Assembly (NCBI GenBank): GCA_043228905.1
Contig: JBHGNT010000007.1
Span: 9,176,001-9,240,000, forward strand
Direction of reading: 5' to 3'
From: Azolla caroliniana
Lineage: Eukaryota; Plantae; Polypodiophyta
DNA: 64,000 bases
Part shown: positions 1-12,685 of the stretch, piece by piece
Numbering within the stretch: the stretch's first letter is position 1
Layout: the number at the start of each line of letters is the position of its first letter
Position numbers and translations under genes: made by a program
The notes under the pieces: model-generated
Seen by the model: the letters and a program-made list of their open reading frames with translations, nothing else
What the model was told of the DNA's origin: nothing
Database searches by the model: none

Positions 1-437
1 GCCCAATGTCATGATACATTGGCATTGCAAGAAGGCCTCATTTATAGAGGAATCTAGTGATGCATCATGAAGCAACTGTCTTGCATCCCATCTACCAAAC
101 CATTTTTCTATATCTTGCATCCAACTGGAACACAAAATTTTGCTTTTATGAGTCTTTTGGATCTTTTTGCTTGCTTCCCATACAATTCTAGGAAGTCGAT
201 GCGAGGGACTTTTTTGAACCTTAAGCATGTATTCAACTACCCTTTCCATGGCCATGATCTCAATGGGAAGCGATCCCATCTCAAGGAGGAGGAGGGTGTA
301 AGACGTTTGTTTCTTAACTTGTAGAAACTTTGTAAGAAAATGTTTTTGGACATTTTCAAACTCTTTCCACATAGATTTAGGGATGTTACCGCCCCATACT
401 TCCACCCCATAAAGAAGAACTGGTGTCACCAAAGTGT

Positions 438-440
<3 letters not shown>
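1..440 (-). mobile_element. Non-LTR retrotransposon (LINE) fragment, region downstream of the RT core, degenerate
   Basis: The minus strand near 385-438 reads TLVTPVLLYGVEVWGGN, the Y-G-x-E-x-W motif after LINE RT. It is cut at 440 by the (GA)n tract. Confidence 0.65.

Positions 441-492
<52 letters not shown>
441..492. repeat. (GA)n microsatellite, about 26 units; possibly the (TC)n 3' tail of the adjacent LINE
   Basis: Read directly. Confidence 0.95.
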
Positions 493-495
<3 letters not shown>

Positions 496-3100
496 ACGTC
501 TTCTAAGGCCAAATTTGGTCCATGAGACAAATGGTTTATAACAAAAAATGGGATATTTACCCATTCATCGAAAGTAAAAAATAAAAATAAAAATAGAGTT
601 TTATGCTAAATAGTTCTAGTAAAATAACAAACATGTTCTACAATGAAAATGATGTTATACTAGGCCTAATTTCATTTCCATCCAAGTCTCTCGAAGAGAA
701 GCGGAAGGTCAAAGGGTTTCGATGTGGATGTGGCCCGTGGCCCCAATGTAAAAGGTACCCCAACCATAGCTTCTAGTCGACGTAGCTCACGTTTCCTTAT
801 CTTCTCAATCCTTTCTATTCCGTGTCGACTTGTTTTGAAGCCCAACACCCAAGGGCGTTTGGTTGTTCTTAGCATTTCGGCTTCCTCAAGAGAGAGGCCG
901 AGAGGCGTAAGAGTATCCACATTCATCGTCTCCCCTTGTTCTTGAAAAATTACACTAGTTACAAGTTGATGAATAGTAAAAGGGTTATGGTTAACACTTT
1001 GTAATTTATTCTCCCTATGTTGTTTTAGCTCTAAGATATACCTACCTAGTCTCTTTACATCCGAGGCATCTAATAGTTTGGAGAGGGTGGGAGAGGGTCC
1101 TAATATGTCTTGGTATTCCACTCGTATCTCGGCATAAGTTGGGCACTTGCATGTGAAGTGATACTCATCCTCTATCTCTATGTGGCACAACCTACATAGC
1201 CTTTCCTCCCTAGGGACTCTATTAGCCTGACCATTCTCAATCTCAAGTTGGTGAGATGATATCCTAAGTTTTCCAATGGCCACCCTTAGTGCATTTATTA
1301 AGAATGTATCTAGATATCTTGGTCATGTAATAAAACCTAACTGAGAGAAGTGCAAGAAGTGTTCCTTATAATATGTAACATTTTAGATAGGAGTGGCTCT
1401 TGTATCGAGTATAAATTTGCCATATTTCTTGGTGTATCACTTTATTACGGTCTTCATGAGATATTAGAATTTGGTCAGTCCCATGGTTGTACTTAAGGGG
1501 GGCGTAGGTTATTAACGTCTATGTCGTTTGCAAGTAACCAACTCACCACAGTGCTATACCAAGAGCTAGTGTCTCCAGACGCATGTAGGAATCCGGATGC
1601 CTCAAAGGCTCTACGGGATATCCTATCTTGTGGTTGGCTATGTATCCGATGAATAAAAACTACCACTTGAAACAACGCTTCTACTAACATCGGGGGCAGA
1701 CTGAACTCTGCTCTAATAATGTCATGTGGTACTGTCGATTTGCTTTGGAGTTGACGTGATAACATCGTCACCAAAGGTCTCTCTAATTGCGTCCACATGA
1801 AAGATGGTAGACCTAGAACCCATACTCCTGATGCTTACATGAGGGACGGGGTCACTAATGGGTCGAAGAGCCATCCCTTAGTTCGTGGCTCTTGAAAGTA
1901 TGCTTGGTGGCATTGTCTCTCTAAGAGTGAGAGGGATGCATACCCTCTCGTTAGCCTATCTTTGGTTGCCTAGGTCATTGAGAATTTACCTAAGCGAGCA
2001 CTAAAAGTGACTCCCAAGTATACATATGATCCAACTACCTCAACTAGTTTATGAGAGAGGATTAAGTGACATTTACTCCTAACTCGGGACAATGTCTGAA
2101 AGATAAGGACATTAATTTTCGCTAGATTCACTACAAGTCCTCGTTGTGTACAAAAGTCATCTAGGGCATTAAGATGCTTTTGTAGGCCGTGTTTCAACTC
2201 TGAGAGCAAGACAATAATGTCGTCTGTGTAGAGTAAGAGACTAACTTGTGTATCCTCAATAGCTACTCCCTTGCCTCCCTTACGAGCAATAAAATTAATG
2301 ATCTCATTCATCAATGTAGATCCCAAAAAGAGTCAGTGATAGGGGCAATCCTGTTTTACACCAATGGTGCTAGTGAAACCATCGGATAGGCCACCTGGGC
2401 ATCTTACGCACCCAGAGACTTGCTCATATTGGGCATAAATGGCCCAGATCATGTCATTTGGTATCTCCAAGCTCTTAAGTCTATCAAACAACTTCTCCCT
2501 AGGAATTGTGTCAAAGGCTTTGCTGAAGTCCACAAAGCAACAATATAGTTTCTTCTTACGAGCCTTCGTTTGGTCAATTAAGCACCTAAGTGTGAAGATA
2601 TGGTCAATAGCGGAGAAGGCTCGTTTAAAGCCAGTCTGCTCAGGTGCTCGAAGACTTAATGTTTCCATATAATCGTTGAGCTTTGCTTTCATTACTACAC
2701 CATATAGTTTAGTGAGTGTATGACCCTTCATAATGGTCCTATATGTATTTGGGTCCATTGGGTCCCCTCCTTTATGTATAGGGGCCACTGTGTTCATGGT
2801 CCATTGTGGTGGAAAACCCTCGGCGAGGGCGCGGTTGAAGATTAGAGTGAGAAAGGGGCCTAGCCACTCTCGAGCATATATGATGTGCTCGGCTCGCAAT
2901 CCTGTTTCACGTGTGGTCCATGGATTTCCTATGTTGTAATTTTTTTATGACCTTCGTGACCCTAGAGGTCGTGAAAAGTGTCCCCATGGTAGGTCGGGGT
3001 GTGGAAGGCATTGGAATGGGTGGTTGGTTTGGGACATGGTAGAGTCTCTTGATATATGTGTGTCAAATATTGAGAGAGAGAGAGGAATTGGGGGAGTGAA
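493..3100 (-). mobile_element. 5'-truncated, frameshifted LINE (RTE/CR1-like) ORF2: RT domain plus C-terminal Cys/His finger
   Basis: ORFs 2333-2899 (PIHKGGD, CFVDFSKAFD, GVKQ), 1970-2326 (LLLYTDD, YVYLGV), 1493-1798 and 672-1283 (LRISSHQLEIENG..RLCRLC..EDEYHF..CP). Confidence 0.9.
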
Positions 3101-3415
3101 CACATACATACATACATTACTCCTTCATACTGGAATGCATATATACATACATACATACATACATACATACATACATACATACATACATACATGTATTATC
3201 GAATAAATACATACATACATCATACACATACGTACGTACGTACGTACATGTACAATGGAATACATACATACATGCATTATCGAATAAATACATACATACA
3301 TCATACACATACGTACATACGTACACGTACAATGGAATTCATACATACATATATTAACATACATACATACATACATACATACATACATCATAGAAAAACA
3401 TAAATACATACATCA
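3101..3415. repeat. (CATA)n-rich microsatellite with internal larger-unit duplication
   Basis: Read directly. The segment tattatcgaataaatacatacatacatcatacacatacg occurs twice. Confidence 0.95.
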
Positions 3416-4181
3416 TAGACAACAATGTGTCTATTGGCATCTAAACCATTAATAGGCTTGGCAAGGGAATCATAGGCATGGAGGGTGCAGGTGTGTAGTC
3501 GATGGTGCGCGTGATCAATACCATCCAATTTTACTTTATGGGGAGCCCAAGGAGCCCAATTTTACTTTATGAGGAGCTCGACTCAATTGAAGGCAGGATC
3601 CCGTGGAACTAGAGGAGCTCAACTCACTTGAAGACAGGAGCCCGAGGATTTCAACTCATTTGATGGTAGGAGCCCGAGGAGCTCGACTCACTTGAGGCAA
3701 GAGCCCGTCTTATTATGTTTTATGACAAAAAACCCTGATCCTTGTCATTTTGATCATTTCTTGAAACAAACGACCAGGGTTTTAGGAGGGAAGAAGCTAC
3801 CTAGAACTACACCTGCCATCAATTTGCATGTGGCAACCATCTGCACCCACATCTGATCAACTTTTGGAATCATTTCCAGGTATATAGTTTAATGCTTTCT
3901 ACCTTTTTTTGGATTAAAAAAGAATTGGGTGAAATTTTTTGGTTGAAGGTTAAACGTTAAAATAATCACATAAAAAGTTAAAATGTTATTGAAAATGGTT
4001 TGCATGCAAGAGACGATTTTTGAATATGTTTGCATTGCGCATTTTGATCACTTGCATACATTGGATGATGGTTGTAGTAGGGTTGGGTTTAGGGATTCTG
4101 AAGATTGTCAACTCGGTGTATTTTGGAATTGTCAAATTTTTGTATTTCTTGTACATGGTATCAAACGATTTGGGGTTTTTC

Positions 4182-6018
4182 TGTAGGGAAAGAAGAGAAA
4201 AAGAGAGAGAAGAAAGAAAAAGGGGGGGGGGGGGGGAGAGAGAGAGAGAGAGTTGAGGGAAACAGAAGCGTATTGTATTAATAGAATTCCCTTAACTATT
4301 ACATCATTGGTGGTGGCTTTATAAGACCACCACCGATACGGTTAGAGTTTCCTTCTTATGAAGGAAACCGTATTCCTAAGAACTAAGAACTAATACTACT
4401 ATTTTTTATTTTTTTATTTTTTTTCCTTATAATAATTATTATTTTCCACACTTCCCCCTAAGCGAAAATTTCTAGTAGTGTAGATTTTCATCTTTGTCTT
4501 CGATTACATAAATTAATCCAACTTGCTTGCAACAAATAATGTGCTTAGAATGTTGAAGAGGTTTTGTTAGAAAATCAGCCCACATTTGATGAGTGGGAGC
4601 AAACTTTAACTCTATCTTCTTTGTTTCAATGAGATCACGAAGAAAATGATGTTTTAAGTCCACATGACGTATATTGTCACTCATCTTCGGATTGTTGGCT
4701 AACTTGATGCAATATTGATTATAGCAAAACAAAGTCACTATTGGAATAGTAAATAGTTTAAATTCTTCAAGCATAGCTTTAATCCATATGCCTTCTTTAG
4801 CCGCTAAAGCTGCAACAACATATTCAGCTTCGGTGGATGACAATGTTACAGTAGTTTGTTTCTTCGACTTCCACGAAATTGCAGCGCCAGCTAGTGTGTA
4901 AACATAGCCACCTGTTGACTTGCGATCGTCCACATCTTCCCCCAATCTAAGTCCGACCAACCAATTAGTTGGCTAGTGGGATTTGTCCATCCTTGCACAA
5001 GTGTGGTTGACTCAGATTGTGTGGCTGAGTAAGTCAACACATAATGTTGAGTATGCTTCAAGTATCGTAGTAATCTTTTGAGCACGATCCAATGCTTTGG
5101 TCCTGGATAAACCATGAAACGAGAAAGAAAACCGGTGGCAAAGCAAATATCGGGACGTGTGCCACTTACTAGATATCTTATACCTTATACACCCAAGGAT
5201 TTGTTTATAGGGTACATCCTTCATTTCAGAACATTCTCGTTCATTCTTGGGACAATCATCATTTGAAAGTTTACATGGAGAGGTAAGAGGAGTACTAATA
5301 GGTTTACTATGAAGCATATCAAATCTTTGGAGAATAGAAATAATATAGTTTGATTGTTATAATGAGATAATATGATTTGTTCTATTTTGAGTTATTTTGA
5401 TGCCTACAAAATGTGTCATAGGGCCTAAATCAGTGATAGGAAAGACATAAGCGAGTTCCTTCTTTGCAATAGCTAGATAAGATTTAGAATTAGAGATCAA
5501 ACATAAGCGAGTTCCTTCTTTGCAATAGCTAGATAAGACTTAGAATTAGAGATCAAGGGCAAATCATCAACATAGACACCTATGATAACAAAATTGGATT
5601 TGGCTTTTCTAACATATATATTTGGCTCATTGTTTAGACGATGATATCCAATTGTTATAAGAAAAGAGTGTAGTTTGTGATACCATATGCATGGAGATTG
5701 CTTAAGGCCATAAATAGATTTACGAAGTCGACAAACATGTGCTGGATGACTTGGATCTTCAAAAAATTATGGTTGTTGTAAATAAAGTTCTTCATCTAAA
5801 TCTCCATGAAGAAAAGCCGTTTGTACATCCAAGTGATGCAACTCTAGATCATGTTGAACGGCAAGAGCAACGAGCATTTGAAAACCACATATTTTTAGCA
5901 TTGGACTAAATGTTTATTTATTAATATTTATTTCGCTTATTAATATTAAACTAATAACTACTACTACTAATATTTATTTATTAATTTTTTTCACTTATAA
6001 TTATTGTTATTTTCCATA
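4182..6018 (-). mobile_element. Ty1/Copia LTR retrotransposon, internally deleted (RT/RNase H remnant), TSD TTTTC
   Basis: 3' LTR at about 4182-4450 with PPT at 4451-4462. RNase H ORF 4472-4960 (DRKSTGGY, SWKSKKQ, SSTEAEY, ADFLTKPL). RT remnants extend to about 5915. A partial second LTR end lies at about 5940-6018. TTTTC occurs at 4177-4181 and 6019-6023. Confidence 0.85.
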
Positions 6019-6720
6019 TTTTCATCCCGATGTTCTTGCAAATGGTATTGTCCCATTTTTTTATTTCTTGTATTTTTGTTTCATGATATGGATGCTATTG
6101 TCTTTTACACTACACAGGAGCTAGACTCATTAGTCAAGACCCTGACTCATGTAAGAAAGCAAGAGTCCAACTCATTACTCAGGATCCCGACTCATTAATG
6201 AGGAACCTAACTCGCCGAGTGGTAGGACCCCAACTACCTCAAATGTTTGCTTTGGTAACGATCACACTAATGTCCATTTTCCACAGACAATAATCACATA
6301 AAACAATGGACCATCCTAACAAAAGACTGAAGACACATAATCCAATCACATAAAATAATCGATCATATAACATCCATTTTCCACATAATTCAAACACACC
6401 TTAATTAAAGGAAATAATCAATTCCTATTACACCCGAATGGATTGGGCTGATATTAATCCCAACCGATCACACCCAAATTCAATCACAAATGAATCATGG
6501 AATCTTTGCCATGATGGAAGACGAATTGGAGGATATGTCATCGTCGTCCACAACATCATTCACATCTAAAGACAAATTGGAGATGGGCACTCAGTCATCT
6601 ACATCCGAATGTGAAGACGAGGCGGTGGATCCCTTCATGTATTATTCCCCCAGGTATTTTGCGTTCACAAAAGGTATGTATGATTTGATAGTTGACGATT
6701 TATCATGACAAATTAAGGTA

Positions 6721-7710
6721 TGTCGTGAAGATTTTCGGCAATAGTGTGAAAATCCCATAAAACGTACAAAATCGAGTATGAATCACGTAATACAATAATT
6801 GTGAAGATAACATTTTCAATATCTAAGTACAAATGATGGAGGTTTCGAATGCACTTTATTACACGAGAAATGGACAACTAAATGTCAAGATATGAGGGTA
6901 TAAAGTTTGTGAAAAGAAAAGAGAAAATTGTGAGATATCCCACATAGGCACGACAAATACGGCTCTCATCATATATAAGGTGGAGCAAAAGACATTATCT
7001 TTGTGTCTATGTGTGGAGCATAGAGAGTTCAAGGCAACTTGAACTTAGAGTGGAGGTGGCTAGCTACTCGAAAAGGGTTTTGGCCAACCATAACTGGACC
7101 GGCGATGGAGCCGGTTATCCGACCGCAATCCGGCGGCGGCATGCGGCACCGGTATTCGACGTCGGTATCCGGCGTCGGCGACGGTATCCGGCGAACCGGC
7201 GACTAGATAAAATAAATATATAAAAATATATACATATACAAGGAGGGCAAGTATGGATTCGAACCTTGCACCTCCAAGTTAGGAGTCAAATGGCTTACCA
7301 TTAAGCCATAGTATTTAGTTAAAATTATATTTCTATCATTGTAATTTTACATGTAAATTCTCATCCATGAGTGCTAAAATGAGTGACATGATTAGCATGC
7401 ACCACATGTAATACTTAAGCGCCAAATGGCAAACATGCAATTTATGCATGTCTTGTACCCTCACATGCATCATATGCATGAGAGCATCTATAAAAGAGGG
7501 AAGGGGGAGGAGAAAAACACGAGGTTTTTTGTATGAAAATTAAGAGGAAGAAATTCGTTATCAAATCAATCGTGTAATCTCAACTTCTCTCTTTCCCAAT
7601 CTATCTTAAGTACTTTCTCGCCAAAGCTTGTATCGACTCTAAATCCTTCCGGTCCAGAACCCCGGCGGTTCCGCCTCATGATCCGCGCGTAGTGACGGAT
7701 CTTCACGACA
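6721..7710 (+). mobile_element. Solo LTR (990 bp, TG..CA) interrupting the MULE transposase; carries an antisense tRNA-like segment
   Basis: Perfect 12-bp terminal inverted repeat TGTCGTGAAGAT/ATCTTCACGACA. TATA-like ctataaaa at about 7488. The flanks rejoin to match MULE copy 2 near 57410-57445. No clean TSD. Confidence 0.7.
7243..7315 (-). promoter_or_regulatory. tRNA-derived Pol III A/B-box module inside the LTR (Arg-CCT-like loop), not a functional tRNA
   Basis: Minus strand: A box TGGCTTAATGG (7308-7298), D hairpin ggctta/taagcc, loop CT-CCT-AA, B box GGTTCGAATCC (7265-7255). A-B spacing is canonical. Acceptor and anticodon stems pair poorly. Confidence 0.6.
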
Positions 7711-8305
7711 ACGTTAAGTGATGTCACAAGGGGTGCACCTCTCAATCTCCATGCATGGAGGCATGTGAAGAGTTCACACATGCTAGGGGATGAGAATGCA
7801 ATTTAACTTAAGGCATCACCTAATCTTCAAGTCATATGCGTAGAGAAATGGAGCGAGGTAGTATTGGTGTCACATGGTGGCGTCTCCCATCAACCATTGA
7901 GAGGGACTCTAAAAACGTTAAAGAGACATTGGGCAGTGGATCTTCGTGATCTTGGCTGCGTTAGTGCATATGTTAAAGCACTCTATAAACATTGTGGTTG
8001 CCTATCGGTGTCAAAAGCAACACCAACCGATATGTTGGGAATGTGTGTCGTCAAATATAACAAGACTACTTCGATAGAAGTGATCAAGGTAGAATCCCTT
8101 AAGTTAGATGATGCGCTCGCGGAGATTCAAACTAAGTATCACACACGCTTAAGGAAACAAGTACACCCAATAGTGGTCATGTTCCAAGAAGTACACCCAA
8201 TGTGTACCATTTGCCAGCACACCCAAATGTCATACGTTGTGGCAAAGATGACCTATTTGATGTTTGGTGTGCAAGGCATGTGGCACGGATGAGCATGCAT
8301 AAGGA

Positions 8306-8636
8306 TGTCAAATATGGTCATATAATGGGTGTATTCACACTATCTCCTCGTACAAACTAGGTGGCTATTTCTGTAATTAGCATAAAGGGCAGTTGCCCTA
8401 GTTTGGTTAGTATATAACCAACTTCGTAACTAGTTTGTAGGATGATGTTGTTGTTGTCGGTTCTTGAATAATACAAGTTTGTATTTGTGCCTCTCAGTTT
8501 TTCCCTCTTTCTCTCCCCCAAATGTTGCAAGTTGTTAGTCTTCTCTATTCATTGTTCATTGTTTCATTCACTTAAGTTTGTTGTCTATTAGCATATAGTG
8601 TTGTAGACATTTCTTCACGACGACCCATTTCCAACA
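8306..8636. mobile_element. Solo LTR (331 bp), TSD AAGGA, inside the MULE transposase
   Basis: TGTC..CAACA ends. AAGGA at 8301-8305 and 8637-8641. The empty site gcataaggaagcat is present in copy 2 at about 58185-58200. Confidence 0.8.
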
Positions 8637-10483
8637 AAGGAAGCATAGTCTAAGACTAGTCCATTAGAACTTGTTAGCTATAAGTTCTTTATGATACCAA
8701 AGGAAGTCCATAACATGGTAAATAGGTTAAAAATCGGGAGTGCCATGTCAAAGGTTGATTGATCTTTGATGATGCAAGATGCCTCTACACTCTGAGACCT
8801 TGGGAAGGTGGCTCATGTCTAACCCTACTTGCCTGATGAATGTGGATCTCCGGTGCGGCAACCATTTATGTTGGTGCTTCAAGATCAATGGATGTTAGAA
8901 ATGTGTGCGCAATTGTCGCTAAACAACTCTTGGGCAATTGACTCTACATTTAAAACAAACTAATTAGGGTTGTCATTATATGCAATTGTGGCCCCAAATG
9001 CCATGGGAATTGGGATCTTGTTATGGTACAAGTCACGTTAGAAACTTGTTTGAGAGTCATATTCACAAGGATGCCCAATGTGAGGCAAAATCAATAGTGA
9101 TCAATAAATGTTGGACATCATATAATGCCATAAGTAATGTGGTTCCATATGACCATCAATCTTGGATTGTTGCTAATGGGAAATGGTCGCAAACTCATTG
9201 TCAACTTTTATTGTCTCAGTTCCATGCCAAAAAACCATGGGTGGACAACTTGTTGCCAAAAGTAAGTGCAATTGAGAGAAACCATCTTTATCACCGAATG
9301 TGTCAACTCATGCAATGCATTACGGAATCCACATTCAGTGTGATGTGTGAGGAGTTAAAGGGAGAATATGCAAACAAGCCAAGTGTTTGGCAATATATAA
9401 AAGGAGGATGGTGTGGCTTGACATGTGTGTGGAGGAAACTTTGGCCCAAGTTTGGGAGAATGTTCAACTACGGACACGTTGACACTACCAATATTGTGGA
9501 GAGACATTGGCAGTTTATCAAATATATTGCCTTGAGAGGAAGAAGTAACCGATCAATTATTGATCGTGTACATGTCTTAATCGGGGATAGTGAAATTGGC
9601 ACTTGCATCAGAAGTAACATCGTAGAATAATACTAGCAACAACAAGAAATATGTGAGAGTGGTAGATTTGCACCCTGTGCAAATTGTATGGATCAAAGGT
9701 CAAGACTTAAAGAGGCCGAGAGGATACTCGAAAGGTATGAAACTAATATTGCAATAGTGCATATTGTGGACAAGGCCCGATATTGGTTTAAAATATTGAG
9801 CTTGATGACTCCCACTCTGTGATATAATGTATCACTTCAGTGCTCATACTGTGATTGCCATGACCTTGTGAGTAAATGTAAGCATATATTCAGCATCTGG
9901 ATGATTATTGAGAGGCACATGTCCCATCTATATGGGTTGTTGCTTTTTATAGATCACGTGGCCCATATGCGCAACGACCATTTCACAAAAATAGAAGTGG
10001 AGACAGAGGCAAAACTAGTCGAGGAGACAAACCCTATAGCATCAGGTATGGAGTAACGGGAGTCGAAATTACAAACGGCCGAGGCAACTATTCCATGTCT
10101 AAAGCAAGCGTTATGACCCCTCGACCGTACAACAAGTATTAGGACGAGAACATTTTGTTTTAGGACCATTGTAATAAGGTTTACGAATCAAGTATGTTTT
10201 AAGTTTTAGGTTTAAAGTTAATTTTTCGTTGTTAGGTCTAAGTTTGTGTATTTTTTGAAGTGTTAAGTTTTATGTATGGTGAAGTTTGTCGATTTTGGAA
10301 GTTTTAATGTTTTAGTTTGTGGCTATTTGATGTGTTATATTTTAAGTTTTAAGTTTCAAGTTCAAAGTGATTAGAAGATTTTGGTGGAAATGATACATTT
10401 GGTTGGGCAACCTGCAACAGTCAGAGTTAGGCGACCACTGACACCTTTTTCTTCGCGCGTTCTTTTTTTTCCAAATCAGACGA

Positions 10484-11177
10484 TAGGGATCGGCAACGGC
10501 TCGGCTCAAGCCTAAACTGTTTAGGCTTGAGCTTACGTAAACGGTTTGAGCTCGGTTCTACTTGGCTTGAGCCTTGCCAAAACGGCTCAAACCGTTTTAG
10601 CTGTTTAAGCCATTTATGTTATTTAATAATTAGCGTTTAGAAAGTTTGAACTTGAAAGTTGAGAGAGAGATTGACAAGAAGCCATAGGCAATAGACTGTT
10701 GAGTGATGAGAGAGGGAGAGGGAGCTTGCATAATGGATGATCAAAGGACCTCCTTCTTTCTGTTATATGCATTCTTTCTATACATATAGATGAAATTTTA
10801 GTTCCAAATTCTCTCTCGAGTTGGACCTAAGATGCGGCGAGCTCGACTTGATGGTGGTTGAGGGATGGGCAATAGCAATCAAGAATGGACATATTGAGGT
10901 CTGGAAAGGGTTACATCGACCCTCTCGTCGTGAGCTGACTATATACTGGAGGTGCTCGAGGGTCGAGCGGTAGCAATCTACAAAGCAAGATGAGGAGGAT
11001 TGGGATGGGAGGAGAAGAAGAGTAGGAGGAAGTGGTAGTGGTGTTTTTTGGGTTTCTTCACACCTCTAAAGCTTTTTTTGTCTCAAACCGATTCCCAAAC
11101 TGGTTTAGGGATTGGTTCGGTTCAAGTTTGAGAACCCCAAAACAGTTTAGGCTAAACCGAACCGTTGTCGATTCCTA
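10484..11177. mobile_element. hAT-like non-autonomous element (MITE) inserted in the right end of MULE copy 1
   Basis: TIRs TAGGGATCGGCAACGG / CCGTTGTCGATTCCTA. Subterminal ggctc/aaaccg repeats. Decayed 8-bp TSD TCAGACGA/TCGAACAA. Confidence 0.7.
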
Positions 11178-11275
11178 TCGAACAATGCAGATTGCACACG
11201 CCACTCAGTTGAGTGACCTGCACCATTTGTGGCCACGATTCCCTCGTCAGCCCTATTTATGATTTGGTAGCGGAT

Positions 11276-11306
<31 letters not shown>

Positions 11307-11659
11307 TTAATACATATTGGCATTCCTACATTAGAATGAACCATACGTATCATACGTGCATTCACATTCGAGAATGATTCAATCAAACGTGTATAGTAAA
11401 TCATCTCAATGTTGGATAGGATTGACTATGGTCTATATTATATATTATTCACTCTCAATCCCAATAAGTGGACTCTAATCCATTGTGAACCACCAACATA
11501 AGTATGGTTGCAATATTTGCATTGTATCACATGCATACTTTTGGGATGCTTATTAAGAATCAAGACATCTCTATCATCCTCACTTTAGAACTTTACAAAA
11601 AAAGGAGTATGAACTATAGAGATTGAATCAAAATATGTCATTATAAATTATAATCAAAC

Positions 11660-12325
11660 GTTCAAAAACTCATAAAACATATATTCGAGAATATGAAGAA
11701 AACATGACATAGGCAGTAGTAGCATAACAATTTACCACCAAGGCAAGCTAATTTCTAATAACAAAGAAAGAAAAAATAAATGATCAAAAACTCATAAAAC
11801 GTATATTTGAGAATATGAAGAAAACATTACCTAGACAGTAGTAGCATAACAACTTACCACTAGGGTGAGCTAATTTCAAATAACAAAGAAAGAAAAAAAG
11901 AAAAGAACAACTAAACGATCAAAAACTCATAAAACGTATATTCAAGAATATGAAGAAAACATGACATAAGCAGTAGTAGCATAACAACTTACCACTAGGG
12001 TGACCTAAATTCTAATAACAAAGAAAGAAAGAAAAAGAAGAAAAAGGAACATGACACTAACATAAAATTTTGCCATGACACTAACAAGAGGATATGAGAA
12101 AGTTAAGAATAGAGCCCAAGACACAAGTAATAGTAGCACAACAACTTACCACTAGGTTGTCCTTAGTTCTAATTTCTAATAATAAGAAAACAAAAGAATT
12201 ATTATAACATGAAATTTCGCTATGACATTGTACTAATGAGAGAGTAATGTAAATATTGGCAATCGAACCCCAAACACAGACAACAATAGCATGGTTACCG
12301 ACCACTAGGGTGAGCTCAATTATAA
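11660..12325. repeat. Tandem repeat, unit about 120-135 bp (3 clear and about 2 degenerate copies)
   Basis: The unit tcaaaaactcataaaac..gcagtagtagcataacaacttaccactaggg..aataacaaagaaagaaa recurs at about 11662, 11785 and 11919. Confidence 0.9.
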
Positions 12326-12416
12326 TGAAAATGTATGAAAAAGAAGAACAAAAAAGGAGTACGTATTTTTCTCATTTCAAACGTGGTCGTTTCCAAACGT
12401 TTGAATGCTTGCAGTC

Positions 12417-12685
12417 TACATACATACATATATACATACATATACATGCATACATACATTATACATACATACATATATACATACATATACATGCATACAT
12501 ACATTATACATACATACATATACATGCATACATACATTATACATACATACATATATACATACATATACATGCATACATACATTATACATACATACATTAT
12601 TACATTATACATACATACATACTCCTCCTCCTTCTCCTTCCTGCGTATAAATACATACATAAATTCATACATACATACATACATA
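12417..12685. repeat. (CATA/TACA)n compound microsatellite upstream of the CCCH gene
   Basis: Read directly. Confidence 0.95.

Larger units (their letters stand above)
3440..11270 (+). mobile_element. Mutator-like (MULE/SWIM) DNA transposon, degenerate copy 1, with four nested insertions
   Basis: Diverged TIRs at about 3440-3526 and 11186-11270 (agggaatc..gcaggt..gatggtgcgcg versus its reverse complement). GGAGCCC/GAGCTCGACTCA subterminal repeats at 3540-3710 and 6117-6235. Transposase remnants at 6490-10130 (WAIDSTFKT, IVINKCWTSYNAI, DTTNIVERHW, CSYCDC..KCKH) are homologous to 57176-60098. Confidence 0.85.

Noticed and set aside
2962-3409. ORFs rich in Y/I/H/T or M/Y/V/C (also 12256-12872 and 60608-61357)
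   Set aside because: These are translations of (CATA)n/(TATG)n microsatellites.
4156-4170. TGGTATCA as a plus-strand PBS
   Set aside because: It does not continue as GAGC, no LTR end precedes it, and the adjacent Copia is on the minus strand.
7243-7315. Functional nuclear tRNA-Arg gene
   Set aside because: Acceptor, anticodon and T stems do not pair properly, so it is kept only as a tRNA-derived module.
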